The notes: generated from the sequence alone by a model not told the origin. 64,000 nucleotides of DNA from Candidatus Liptonbacteria bacterium (GCA_016182095.1 JACOXY010000012.1:25864-89863), one strand, 5' to 3'; positions 47,492 through 57,457 are shown, counted from the stretch's first letter. Program-made: numbers and translations.

Positions 47492-48268
47492 CTACTCCAA
47501 ATAGGCCCCGCGTAGTCTGCCACGATTCGCGGGCTTTTTTATATCTAAATAAAACCTGTAATGTTTTTTACTCCAAACCGGCCCCGCGTAATCAACGCCG
47601 ATTCGCGGGGATTTTTGAATTTTAAACTTTGCCCGAAGTACATCCTGCGTAGTTCGACTGCGCTCACCATAAACTTTGCCGAAGGATTTCCTTTCTTCCA
47701 CCCACAGCTCGCTTTTTTTATCTGCCTTTTTTCCATTAAACCTTTTGTCAATTTTAAAAAATTTGGTAAGTTTCCCCGGGCCCGACATCCGAAGTCCCAA
47801 ATATTGAGGTTCCCTGCTTTTTGACTTCGGATGTCGCCAAGTTGAGCTTTGCTGGCCAATTTTAGGAGATCCGACCTCTGAAACACACCCATTGGGGAAG
47901 ACTGGGGGCGGGTGGTTTCGGGTTTCCGAGGTCGGATCTCGTGGGCGATCAGATATCAAGACGCCACGGATTAAAACCGCCGCCGGATAATCTTTGGGGC
48001 CCGTCACCACATTTAGCATCCAGTGCATGCCATAGGTTAAATAAACATACCACACTCCCGCCTCGCCAAACATCACCGCGTTCCGCGCCGTTTTCCCGCG
48101 ATGCGCGTGAGACGCCTTGTCCTTAAACCCGTCGTATGCTTCAACTTCAGTTATCATCGCCGCAATTTCCTTACCCTTTATCCTGCGCACCAAAAACTTG
48201 CCTAAAAGATTTCTGGCAACAACAACGGTGGACTTTTGAAAATATGGCTTTTTAAGAATTTTTTTCAT
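47492..48268 (-). CDS. mpg: 3-methyladenine DNA glycosylase with in-frame repeat insertions
   Basis: EVEAY, YVYLTYGMH, AVLIRG, GPGKLT, PRIGVDYA. Confidence 0.9.
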   Translation of the reverse strand: MKKILKKPYFQKSTVVVARNLLGKFLVRRIKGKEIAAMITEVEAYDGFKDKASHAHRGKTARNAVMFGEAGVWYVYLTYGMHWMLNVVTGPKDYPAAVLIRGVLISDRPRDPTSETRNHPPPVFPNGCVSEVGSPKIGQQSSTWRHPKSKSREPQYLGLRMSGPGKLTKFFKIDKRFNGKKADKKSELWVEERKSFGKVYGERSRTTQDVLRAKFKIQKSPRIGVDYAGPVWSKKHYRFYLDIKKPANRGRLRGAYLE

Positions 48269-48329
48269 TTGACAGTTTTGGTTACTTATTTTAGCATAAC
48301 ACCAGATATCAGCAAAAAATGGCGGGTGG

Positions 48330-48539
48330 ATGGATTTCGAAAAAGAGGCTGAAAAGATTTTTGCAATTTATGACGAAATCGCAAACGCAAGAAAAGCGCT
48401 CCATTTTCTTACAAATCCCATTATGAATTCTGCCCGCGCAGAGCTGGGGATAGTTATAACAGCCCTTCGGACTGTTTTGCTGATACTTATCAGAGATTTT
48501 CTACTCGCCTATGGTGAACCGAACACGGTATTTTTTTAA
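48330..48539 (+). CDS. small hypothetical protein
   Basis: 69-aa ORF divergent from mpg. Confidence 0.4.
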   Translation: MDFEKEAEKIFAIYDEIANARKALHFLTNPIMNSARAELGIVITALRTVLLILIRDFLLAYGEPNTVFF

Positions 48540-48668
48540 GAACCATCAAGTGCCGCAGTGTGCACGCCGAAAATTGCTACAAGGAAATAGTGGAACTTCT
48601 CACCATGGAGAATGGCGTTGAATATTGTAAACGACTGGGGCTTGTGTAATCACAAGCTCTTTTTTATT

Positions 48669-48989
48669 TTATATGGCCTCCGCAATTTCTTCCATAATCG
48701 CTTGCGGCAAAGGACTCCCCGGCTTGGTCACTCCGGGATACCGCCACGCGGAAATAATTTTCATTTTCCTTATTACTTGTTTCTTGTTACTTGTTACCTT
48801 TTCTGTCATTACCCATATCTCATGAGGCCTTGTCTTGCTCCCCGCCTGCTTCATATATGCAATCGTATCAGGCGCTATCCCCTCCTCAATACGCTTGGGC
48901 CGTGAAATCACACCACGCACCATCTGCTCGGATAATCTGTAAAAACGCATTTTATATTTGGCGTGATTGGTCCAGAAGTATTGTTGCAT
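48669..48989 (-). CDS. DUF4258/RelE-like fold hypothetical protein
   Basis: WTNHA..KM....LSE......P.RIEEG...EIWVM...IISAWRYPG. Confidence 0.65.
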   Translation of the reverse strand: MQQYFWTNHAKYKMRFYRLSEQMVRGVISRPKRIEEGIAPDTIAYMKQAGSKTRPHEIWVMTEKVTSNKKQVIRKMKIISAWRYPGVTKPGSPLPQAIMEEIAEAI

Positions 48990-48996
48990 ATAAATC

Positions 48997-49051
48997 AAAA
49001 ATTAAATATCCTTATACGGCCGAGCCGTCAGGCTTTAGGCAAAAATAAAAA
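48997..49051 (-). repeat. dispersed repeat family D
   Basis: aaatatccttatacggccgagccgtcaggctttaggcaaaaataaaaa. Confidence 0.75.
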
Positions 49052-49115
49052 TTACGGTAGTCCTTCGACAAGCTCAGGAACTATATTCACAACCACCCAG
49101 GATTTGCACTATACC

Positions 49116-49940
49116 CTATACCCCATTGGCTATACCCTCTGTTGCAATCTTAATTATTTTTCCAAATTCCTCCGCACTTAAACTCGCGCCACCAACAAGG
49201 GCTCCATCAATATCCTTCTCGCTTAAAAACAATTCGGCATTGGAAGCTGTCACGGAGCCACCATATAGAATAAGAGGGTTTAGGCTAAAGTCCGATGGGC
49301 TCGCCCGTTTAGGGGTATGGGGTTTAGCCATTAGCAGTTCTTTGATGAAGCGAGCCATATTCGCGGAGTCCTGCGGTTTGTCGGGGACGCCGGTGCCAAT
49401 TGCCCAGATGGGCTCATAAGCAACTATAATAGGGTCTGGGGTTTGGGGTATGGGGTATAGGGTTTGAATATTTTTTAGATCCGCTTCGAGTTGGGATTTA
49501 ACATAATCTTTCGCGGCATTAAGACCTTTATCGCGAACCTCCCTGGGCTCACCAACACACAATATCACTTTTAATCCCGCAGCTTCGCAGGCGATAATTT
49601 TCTTATTTATCATCTCATCTGTCTCATGAAGTATCATCCTCCGTTCCGAATGTCCGATTATAGCGTAAGATACGCCAAGATTTCTTAGCATCTTTGGCGA
49701 TATTTCCCCCGTAAAGGCGCCAGCATCTTCCCAAAAAGCATCCTGCGCTCCAAAATGAATGCCCTCATATTCTTTTTTCAGAGCCCGGTTAATTAATTCT
49801 TCCAGGTGCGTAAAGGGCGGGGCTACCACCACGCGAGCTCCGTATTTTTCAGCAAATTTTTCCGTTGCGTCAAAAAGATCGCGGGCTTCGTCCAAAGTAA
49901 CGGGGTTCATCTTCCAATTGGCAATTAGCAGTTTCTTCAT
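49116..49940 (-). CDS. tpiA: triosephosphate isomerase with repeat-derived insertions
   Basis: ANWKMN, GAFTGEIS, IGHSERR, AYEPIWAIGTG, LYGGSV, LVGGASL. Confidence 0.96.
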   Translation of the reverse strand: MKKLLIANWKMNPVTLDEARDLFDATEKFAEKYGARVVVAPPFTHLEELINRALKKEYEGIHFGAQDAFWEDAGAFTGEISPKMLRNLGVSYAIIGHSERRMILHETDEMINKKIIACEAAGLKVILCVGEPREVRDKGLNAAKDYVKSQLEADLKNIQTLYPIPQTPDPIIVAYEPIWAIGTGVPDKPQDSANMARFIKELLMAKPHTPKRASPSDFSLNPLILYGGSVTASNAELFLSEKDIDGALVGGASLSAEEFGKIIKIATEGIANGV

Positions 49941-50047
49941 ATTATTTGTAAGGAGTGTGAAATATGAACAAAACTTGATTTATGTTCGCGTTTCACACTC
50001 CAATCATAACAAAAAGCCGCCTCTCTTGCGAGGCGGCGCATTGCAAC

Positions 50048-51268
50048 CTAAATCTTGCTCAAACCATACTCAACGGCCCCGATAATATCTCTGTAACTTT
50101 CGCGCCCGGGCGACACTCTAATCAACTCTTCCGGAATGCCCATTTCAGACCTCTCCTCGGGAGTAAGCGCTCCATGAGTAGTTTTTGCCGGTCGGCACAT
50201 GATAGTCTGCGGAGACCCAAGGCTGACTGCTAATTTTATAAACGTTTCCTTGGCTATAATATTCATAAAATCTTTAGTTTTAGAGCTTTCATGAAGCTCA
50301 AAAGACAGCATGCCGCCAAAACCAAAATCACCATTTGGCGTTCGCATTTGATTCCTAACAACTTCCCGATCAGGGCCACTGGCAAGACCAGGAAAGTAAA
50401 CCATTCTTATCTTGGAATGTTTATATAGAAAATTCGCCAAAATAAACGCATTGGCATTATGCACCTCCATGCGAGCCGCGAAATCGGTTACCCTGCCAGA
50501 AACCAAGCTTGAATCATGAGCCGAAGGAATGGGGCCAAAATTTTTATAAATACGAAGAAGATTTTGGAAATGCTTTGTTTTGGTAAAATCCTCCGAACAA
50601 GTTGCGCACCCCATTAAAACATCGCCCATCCCATTGATATACTTAGTAAGACTATGTACCACAATATCAACTCCGAATTCAAGGGGGCGGAGATTATAAG
50701 GCGTAGCAAAAGTATTATCAACAATCACAATGGAATTATTTAAATTTTCTTTTCTGAAATCGCGGAGATCAATAACGTCGAGGGTTGGATTTGCAACCGG
50801 TTCAATATAAACCGTGGAAGTGTTATTGCTTAGATTTTCCATCGCATCGGCCACCGACTTAATTTTCACGCATCTTGCGCTTCGTCCATACAAAGGCCAC
50901 ATATCACGGTTTAAAAGTTCATATGTACAGCCGTATAAAGTTTTGGAAGAAAGAATTTCTCTAAGAGGCGGCGTCGTCGCCAATAAACAAGAAGCAATTG
51001 CCGCCATCCCAGAAGAAAAAACCAAAGTTTCCTTGCCGCCCTCCATAACCGTTAACTGCTTTTCAAGAGTATCGTGATTGGGATTGTGATGCGGCAAGCG
51101 AGCATAAACTCCGCTTGTGCCATTATGCATTGCATCTTCAAACTCTTCGACGTCATCAAATTCGCTTGTGACAGCGCGAAAATCTGGAAGCTGGTGAGCA
51201 TTGGGCCTGTAGTTCATATCTCGCGCCGCATGATTGGCGCGCGTTGCAAAATCCTTCATTTCGTACAT
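50048..51268 (-). CDS. PLP-dependent trans-sulfuration enzyme (cystathionine/methionine gamma-lyase family)
   Basis: FSSGMAAI, YGCT, NPTL, DNTFATP, HSLTKY, AVSLG. Confidence 0.9.
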   Translation of the reverse strand: MYEMKDFATRANHAARDMNYRPNAHQLPDFRAVTSEFDDVEEFEDAMHNGTSGVYARLPHHNPNHDTLEKQLTVMEGGKETLVFSSGMAAIASCLLATTPPLREILSSKTLYGCTYELLNRDMWPLYGRSARCVKIKSVADAMENLSNNTSTVYIEPVANPTLDVIDLRDFRKENLNNSIVIVDNTFATPYNLRPLEFGVDIVVHSLTKYINGMGDVLMGCATCSEDFTKTKHFQNLLRIYKNFGPIPSAHDSSLVSGRVTDFAARMEVHNANAFILANFLYKHSKIRMVYFPGLASGPDREVVRNQMRTPNGDFGFGGMLSFELHESSKTKDFMNIIAKETFIKLAVSLGSPQTIMCRPAKTTHGALTPEERSEMGIPEELIRVSPGRESYRDIIGAVEYGLSKI

Positions 51269-51365
51269 AAAACCACGCCTTTTCTGTGAAGTTTCTGAAG
51301 CTATTATATAAACAATTGAGCGAAATATCAAATCAGGCGCGCTATGTGATAAAATTAAAACAATT

Positions 51366-52007
51366 ATGAATACAGCCGACAGAATTAAACTTAAAAAACG
51401 AGCGTTAAATATTGTAAGGAGACTAAAAAGTCTTTTCCCGCATGCCAAAATGACGCTAAAGTACGGCAATAATTGGGAACTTTTGGTCGCGGTTATTTTA
51501 TCGGCTCAATGCACCGATAAAAAAGTGAACGAGGTAACTGCGAAACTTTTCAGCAAATATAGGTCACTGAATGATTATGCAAAAGCCAACCCACAAGAAT
51601 TTGAGCGCGACATTTACTCAACCGGATTTTACCGCGTAAAGGCAAAAAACATACTGGCTGCGGCAAAAATCGTAAAAAATAAATTCGGCGGCAAATTACC
51701 TAGCACAATGGAAGAAATGCTAACGATTCCCGGAGTCGCGCGGAAAACCGCGAATGTCGTATTGGGTAATGCCTATGGTGTAGTTCAAGGAATTGCCGTT
51801 GATACGCACGTCCGACGCCTCACCCGCCTTTGGGGCTTAACGAAACATAGTGATCCTATTAAAATTGAAAGCGATTTAATGAAAATTATTTCTAAAAAAG
51901 ATTGGTTTAAATTTACTTATTTGGTTATTGATTATGGGAGAAAATACTGTACGGCGAGAGTGAAGGATCATGGCAATTGTCCACTCGCAAAGTTTGAGAC
52001 TAAATAA
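51366..52007 (+). CDS. nth: endonuclease III
   Basis: LSAQCTD, PGVARKTANVV, AVDTHV. Confidence 0.93.
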   Translation: MNTADRIKLKKRALNIVRRLKSLFPHAKMTLKYGNNWELLVAVILSAQCTDKKVNEVTAKLFSKYRSLNDYAKANPQEFERDIYSTGFYRVKAKNILAAAKIVKNKFGGKLPSTMEEMLTIPGVARKTANVVLGNAYGVVQGIAVDTHVRRLTRLWGLTKHSDPIKIESDLMKIISKKDWFKFTYLVIDYGRKYCTARVKDHGNCPLAKFETK

Positions 52008-52051
52008 AACAAAACCCCAAGGCGTACTGGCTTTGGGGTTCACTGGGCTCA

Positions 52052-52324
52052 CTAATTACAAATTCCGCAATCTCTGTGCACTTCCAGACCGATAGCTTCA
52101 TAATCAATCGGAGCAAATCCTCGCAATTTACGGTGCCAATCATTCAAAACCACATATGTGGCAACCAGAAAGAGCAGTGGATTTACGATAAAGCTAACCC
52201 AAATAAAGGTGACGCAGAAAAGTATTTCTGAATTTACAACATCGCTCCAGAACACAGCCAAAAGGCCATAAGTTAGTAAGGAAAGAACAATGAAGCCCTC
52301 GAAGAACCGATCCCGATGTATCAT
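52052..52324 (-). CDS. small 2-TM membrane protein
   Basis: Two hydrophobic segments; start uncertain. Confidence 0.45.
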   Translation of the reverse strand: MIHRDRFFEGFIVLSLLTYGLLAVFWSDVVNSEILFCVTFIWVSFIVNPLLFLVATYVVLNDWHRKLRGFAPIDYEAIGLEVHRDCGICN

Positions 52325-52447
52325 TTTTCTTATTCCATTCTCTGGTTGCAAACTACGGTAAGTGTAGCACTTAGAAATTATTGCTGTCAATATAGAAAGG
52401 GCCCGAGGAAAATTCCCCGGGCCTCGAGTTCTGACGGCCTGCTGATT

Positions 52448-52768
52448 TCAGACAGCAGGCAGGTTCACGAGCTTCGCGCGGAGAGCGCGCAGACGTCTCC
52501 GGCCAAGCCAGAGAGCGTCCGAAACGCTCTTCAGCAGATCCCGCAGTCCGTCCGGAGTCTCGGGACACACTGCCCCAGCATCGTACCCGGCCTCCGCGGC
52601 CAGGCGATCGAAGAGCTCGCGCGCCTTGATGTTGCCAACCACCAAGGGATTGAACCGTGGATCCCGCTCGGCCTGCACCAGAAACCCGTACAGAGCCGCC
52701 GCCGGATCGCGCATCTGGCTCCCGATCTCCGTCTGGATGTCCAGACGCCTCTTCTCGTTATACTTCAT
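52448..52768 (-). CDS. GC-rich hypothetical protein
   Basis: GAGGAGG SD, TTGACA-N17-TATAAT at 52905-52877. Confidence 0.6.
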   Translation of the reverse strand: MKYNEKRRLDIQTEIGSQMRDPAAALYGFLVQAERDPRFNPLVVGNIKARELFDRLAAEAGYDAGAVCPETPDGLRDLLKSVSDALWLGRRRLRALRAKLVNLPAV

Positions 52769-52921
52769 GCCTTTCCTCCTCGCCCGTCCTAAACCAGTTT
52801 TACTGGTTGGATTAGGGCTGTTTTTTGGCTAAGTAGCACCATGCTACCTAGCATCCCAACCAGCATCCTAATTGTCATTATATTATAAAATTTTCATTTT
52901 GTCAAGCGCAAAAAAACCAGG

Positions 52922-53221
52922 CTATTTCCTGGTTTTATCGTAGTCTTTTTGCAAATTAAGCCAAAATTCGGGACTCATATTGAAGAAGTGCCCAAGACAA
53001 AGAGAGGTTTCGGAATTAACGCTCGCGTCCCCAGCGATCAAGCCATTAAGATAGGCCTCGTTTAGCCCCGTACCTTTTGCCACCGCTTCTACATCCAGAT
53101 TATTCGGCTTCATAAATTCTTCCAATAATACCTCTCCTGGATGAACCTCCAGCTTTGCGAGCTTCTTCTTGTGCCTAATTTCCTGCCGAATCCTTGGCGT
53201 CATTATTGCCCCCATGCGCAA
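52922..53221 (-). CDS. higA: HigA-family antitoxin (XRE HTH), orphan
   Basis: HPGEVLLEEF..P...SPEFWLNLQ..YD. Confidence 0.85.
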   Translation of the reverse strand: MRMGAIMTPRIRQEIRHKKKLAKLEVHPGEVLLEEFMKPNNLDVEAVAKGTGLNEAYLNGLIAGDASVNSETSLCLGHFFNMSPEFWLNLQKDYDKTRK

Positions 53222-53264
53222 ACGATCTGGAGAGATTATAACAAAGGGACGCCTTCTTTGTCAA

Positions 53265-53453
53265 CCAGGTAGTAGAAATGCGAGTGAAGTTTTTGAAAAA
53301 TATGGTAACACCATCGATCAAATCCACAGAGATATTATCGGTCAGTATTTATACCCGATCGATAACAATCGATAACCTCGTCAATTGAACGATCGTTTGT
53401 TATACGAGGTCTTGGAGTTGGTAGAAAGAAATGCTCGTATTTTCACTACCTGG
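53265..53453. mobile_element. 189-bp MITE with imperfect TIRs and TCAA target duplication
   Basis: tcaa|ccaggtagtagaaatgcgag ... ctcgtattttcactacctgg|tcaa; second copy at 62260-62380. Confidence 0.8.
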
Positions 53454-53478
53454 TCAAGCACACACCCAACTGCAAGCA

Positions 53479-54387
53479 CTAAACTTTCAAATACTTTCTC
53501 ATCGCCATATAGCTGGAAACTACTCCCAGTACTACTCCAAAGGCAATTTGATACAAAAGAAGCAGGAGGAGATTAGTTATAAAATATCCCCGTAAGTCAA
53601 TTTCGGGTATAAAAACGTTTATATAAGGCGACCCAAAGAAAATCGCCGGAGCGGCTATCACCAAACTTAAAACCGCGGCCAAAGCTCCATACAAAATCCC
53701 CGTGACCACATAGGGACCTCTTATAAAAGAGTTGGACGCGCCAACAAGCCGCATAATACCTATTTCTTCGCGGTCGGAAAAAATGGCAAGGCGAACAGTA
53801 TTAAAAATAACAAGGCCGGCTATTAGAGAAAGGAACAGTGTAAGGAGCGTTCCGGCTTTTTCCACGGTATCAATTACCTGCGCCAGCCGCTCTATTACGG
53901 TTTGGTTTTGGAAAAAGCTTACCTTCTCAACTATCGGCTCCAGAGTTTTGGTATTTAAATACTCGGATATAGTGGCATATTGGCTCGGATCGTGCGCTTT
54001 TATATTTAAGGCGGCGGAAAGCGGGTTTTCGCCCAATTCGGCAATGGCCTGGGTAATCGTTTCGTCTTCGGCATGATTCCCCTTAAATATTTCCAACGCC
54101 TTATCGCGCGATATGTATTCAACGCTTTTTACCTCCGACAATCCCTCTAAAGAGCGTTTTATGCGGAGAATTTCGTCCTCCGGAGCCGATGTCTTAAAGT
54201 AAACACTAATGTCAATCTTATCTTTCAAAACGGTAAGCGCGCTTGTTGTGAGATAACTAAAAACATTAACGCCTAAAAATACGATAAGTGCGATTATCAT
54301 AACCGCAACAGTCGCAACCGAAAGCAAACTGTTCCTCTTAAACTGCTGAAGGCCGTGCTTGATGATCCTGAAAATTATAGTAATCAT
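53479..54387 (-). CDS. ftsX: cell division permease FtsX
   Basis: NPL, IFNTVRLAI...REEI.IMRLVGA...IRGP; downstream of ftsE. Confidence 0.93.
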   Translation of the reverse strand: MITIIFRIIKHGLQQFKRNSLLSVATVAVMIIALIVFLGVNVFSYLTTSALTVLKDKIDISVYFKTSAPEDEILRIKRSLEGLSEVKSVEYISRDKALEIFKGNHAEDETITQAIAELGENPLSAALNIKAHDPSQYATISEYLNTKTLEPIVEKVSFFQNQTVIERLAQVIDTVEKAGTLLTLFLSLIAGLVIFNTVRLAIFSDREEIGIMRLVGASNSFIRGPYVVTGILYGALAAVLSLVIAAPAIFFGSPYINVFIPEIDLRGYFITNLLLLLLYQIAFGVVLGVVSSYMAMRKYLKV

Positions 54388-54393
54388 ATGAAT

Positions 54394-55095
54394 TTACACT
54401 AACACAAACTTGCCCCTCTCCTCATCCCTTATAATTCTGCCGCCGTCTAATGTGATCACGCGGCGCCCTAAGTTATTCACAATTTCCTTGTCATGAGTCG
54501 CGAGAATTACCGTTGTCCCCAGTTCATTGATTTTGTGAAGCAATTTGATAATTTCCCACTTGTTGAATGGATCAAGATTGCCGGTCGGCTCATCAGCCAT
54601 TATCACCTCCGGATGGTGTATCATGGCGCGGGCTATGGCTACTCGCTGTTTTTCGCCGCCAGAAAGCTCTCTTGGGAAATTCGTCATCTTATCTTTTAAT
54701 CCTACCATCTCCAGGGCTTGCGGCGTAAGTTCTTCAATATCGGCCTGCGGATAACCTGATGCCTCAAGAGCGAAAGCGACATTTTCAAAAGCGTTGCGAT
54801 TTTGGAGCAGTCTAAAGTCCTGAAAAATTACGCCGATATGCCTTCGGAGCCCAGGCAGGGAAGACGGGGGCAGTTTATTAACTTCATAAGAACCGAAAAT
54901 AACCCTGCCTTTTGAGGGAGTTTCCTCGCCTATCAAGAGCTTCAGAACCGTAGATTTGCCGGCTCCGGACCGCCCCACTAAAGAAACAAACTCGTTTGGT
55001 TCAATCTTGAAAGTTACGTCCTGTAGGGCGTGAGACTCGCTATTTACACTGCCATTGCCGTTGTAATATTTTGAAACGTTTTGAAATGCTATCAT
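54394..55095 (-). CDS. ftsE: cell division ATP-binding protein FtsE
   Basis: [41 protein letters not shown]. Confidence 0.93.
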   Translation of the reverse strand: MIAFQNVSKYYNGNGSVNSESHALQDVTFKIEPNEFVSLVGRSGAGKSTVLKLLIGEETPSKGRVIFGSYEVNKLPPSSLPGLRRHIGVIFQDFRLLQNRNAFENVAFALEASGYPQADIEELTPQALEMVGLKDKMTNFPRELSGGEKQRVAIARAMIHHPEVIMADEPTGNLDPFNKWEIIKLLHKINELGTTVILATHDKEIVNNLGRRVITLDGGRIIRDEERGKFVLV

Positions 55096-55381
55096 GCCGT
55101 TTTTGCCCAAGAGCTGGAGCGATTGGCTGCAAAACCGAGCACCCCGCCCTCTATGCTTAAAATTAAGTAACTATTTTATATTACACCATCGGACGCAGTT
55201 TAGCAATACACAAAATTAACACCCGCAGAGGGCGGGATACAGCTTTTATAGAAGCTTATAAAATTCGCTTATAAAAGCTGTAACTCGCTTTCAATAAAGA
55301 TGTCCAATGTCCGATTTCCACACAAAAAAACCAACCCGGAAAAGGTTGGCTGATGCCGTGTTAATTCAGTTTTCCGATTTT

Positions 55382-55663
55382 TCAGCTATAAGAAATCCTA
55401 TAGTGACGCTCAAATGCGCTGGCAAACACAACCACCAAGAAAGCAACACAACCCGTAATAAGAAATCCCAGGATCCAAAAGAGAATCCAAAATACAGACG
55501 AAATGGCAGGAACAACTGGAACCCAGAAAAGTGCGCCTACATCATGAAAGGTTATATAACAACGCTCGCAAGTGTCAAAAACATACCAAACCAAAACAGC
55601 AGTAAGCGCAAAAAACATCAATACACACAACGCCATAAAGCTCCAATGGAAGATATGAGCCAA
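55382..55663 (-). CDS. small membrane protein
   Basis: Two hydrophobic segments separated by a CERC loop. Confidence 0.45.
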   Translation of the reverse strand: MAHIFHWSFMALCVLMFFALTAVLVWYVFDTCERCYITFHDVGALFWVPVVPAISSVFWILFWILGFLITGCVAFLVVVFASAFERHYRISYS

Positions 55664-55686
55664 CTACCCAAAAGATACTCACGGTA

Positions 55687-56767
55687 TTATTTCTTGTCAA
55701 ATCTTAATTCCGCTTCTATAAATTGGTCTATATCTCCGCTTAAAACCTTCTCCGCCTGCGAGGTTTCCGCCTCCGTCCGATGATCTTTTACCATTTTATA
55801 GGGATGCAGGACATATGAGCGAATCTGACTCCCCCACTCCGGCTTTACTTTGACGCGGAGGTCGCTTAATTCTTTCGCTTCGCGCTCTTGCATTAGGGTG
55901 AATAATTTTGCCCGCAAAAGTTTCATGGCATTCTCTCTGTTTTGCGCTTGTGAGCGCTCCACTTGGCTTGCGACAGAAATGCCGGTTGGAATATGCGTAA
56001 TGCGCACCGCCGTTTCCACTTTATTTACATTCTGCCCGCCAGGTCCGCCCGCGCGAAAAAGATCAATTTTTAAGTCCTCCTGCGGAATTTGAATAGCCGC
56101 TTCCTCAACTTCCGGGAGTTCGGGTAACACCTCAACGAGCGCGAAAGAAGTATGACGTAGTTTTTTTGGCGAAAAAGGAGAAATACGCACCAGCCGATGC
56201 ACCCCTGCCTCTTTTTTTAGATAGCCGTAGGCGTGGTCGCCCTTAATTTCGAGCGTCGCGTTCCGCAGAGGGTGGCGCCCTGTTTTTGATTGAAAATCGT
56301 GGATAGCCTCGTGCACCAGGCGCGTCTTCCACCCGCGAAGAGCGCAGTATTTTTGATACATTTCGAGTAGCATCGCGGTCCAGTCCGCGGCGTCTTCCCC
56401 ACCCGCGCCAGAATAGACCGAGAGCACTGCCGATTGCGCGTCATACTTCGCTCTAAAAAGCCGCTCTATTTCCAACGCCTGAAACAGCTTTTTTGCGGCA
56501 GAATAATCCTCCTCGTTCGGGTTTTCTTTAAGTCCAGCCGCGCGCCCTTGAACATCATAAAACCTGTCCAGCAAGTTTTTTAACTGGCCATATTCTTTTG
56601 TTTTATTTTCCGCTCGCCCGCGATCTTTCCAGAGATCCGGGTCGGAAATCGCGAACTCAAGCTCTTTAAGTTTTGTGCGTTTAGTTTCTACGTCAAAGCC
56701 ACCCACCTACGCGGTGGGTATTTTCAATTAGTTCTTCTATCGCCTTTTTTAGTTCATCGTGGGTCAT
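55687..56767 (-). CDS. prfB: peptide chain release factor 2, programmed +1 frameshift
   Basis: ATG 56767, 24 codons to CTT TGA C (56698-56692); SPF and GGQ motifs. Confidence 0.95.
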
Positions 56768-56886
56768 AAGAATAGGTTATAGTGGATAGTTTGTAGTTTA
56801 TAGAAAAAGCTTAATACAAAAAATAAAATAAATCAAAATCTGCCTTGAGGCAGATTTTGATTTATAAATTTGCGCAAAGTTGTAAG

Positions 56887-57030
56887 TTACTCGTCGTCTG
56901 GGTCAGAAATTTTACGATCGCCCACAAACAAACTGCTACCCGTTGAACCGCCACCCCTCAATCCCTCCATGCCATCATTTAGATTCCCACCGCCACCCTT
57001 TGGCCAATAATACAATGATTTTCCTTTCAT
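56887..57030 (-). CDS. 47-aa Gly-rich peptide (not in ORF track)
   Basis: MKGKSLYYWPKGGGGNLNDGMEGLRGGGSTGSSLFVGDRKISDPDDE; AAAGGTCG leader; hairpin at about 56832-56862 downstream. Confidence 0.4.
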   Translation of the reverse strand: MKGKSLYYWPKGGGGNLNDGMEGLRGGGSTGSSLFVGDRKISDPDDE

Positions 57031-57175
57031 AATTATTGATAAAAGTTGTTATAAAACTAACGACCTTTATGTATTAATAATACTGCAAAAGCTGGACAAG
57101 CGCAACAACAACATATTGAAATTATGTGCAGGTATGATAAACTCTCACAAGTACTGCGAATAGGGAAATGGTAAG

Positions 57176-57457
57176 ATGGATCCGGTCAGTGGACTTGAGA
57201 ACAAATCGGTAGTTGCCTCTAAAGATTATCCTGATTATTTCTGGTCCGGAGAAGATTTTGAAACCACCGATGGTGAAAATCTCGAAAAGTCGCTCGTTCC
57301 TGAAGTCGCGCGGCAGACAGCAGATTCTCCAAACGGAGCCACGCCAACCACAGAAAAAAAGGACCGCCCAAGACGAAACAAACGCGCGGAAATGTTAGAA
57401 AAATTTAGGATATTAAAGGCAAGAAAAAAGAAAAGGCAAAATACGCCCGCCCAATAA
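57176..57457 (+). CDS. hypothetical protein
   Basis: TTGAAA-N..-TGATAA promoter-like region upstream; basic C-terminus. Confidence 0.5.
   Translation: MDPVSGLENKSVVASKDYPDYFWSGEDFETTDGENLEKSLVPEVARQTADSPNGATPTTEKKDRPRRNKRAEMLEKFRILKARKKKRQNTPAQ

Noticed and set aside
48531-48649. Possible frameshift extension of ORF 48330 at a T7 run
   Set aside because: Alternative frames are open only briefly and there is no recognisable homology to support a join.
53385-53576. Duplicated peptide MNDRLLYEVLELVERNARIFTTW, also at the start of ORF 61651..62328
   Set aside because: It is a translation of the MITE sequence, not a shared protein domain; the peroxiredoxin starts at about 62196.
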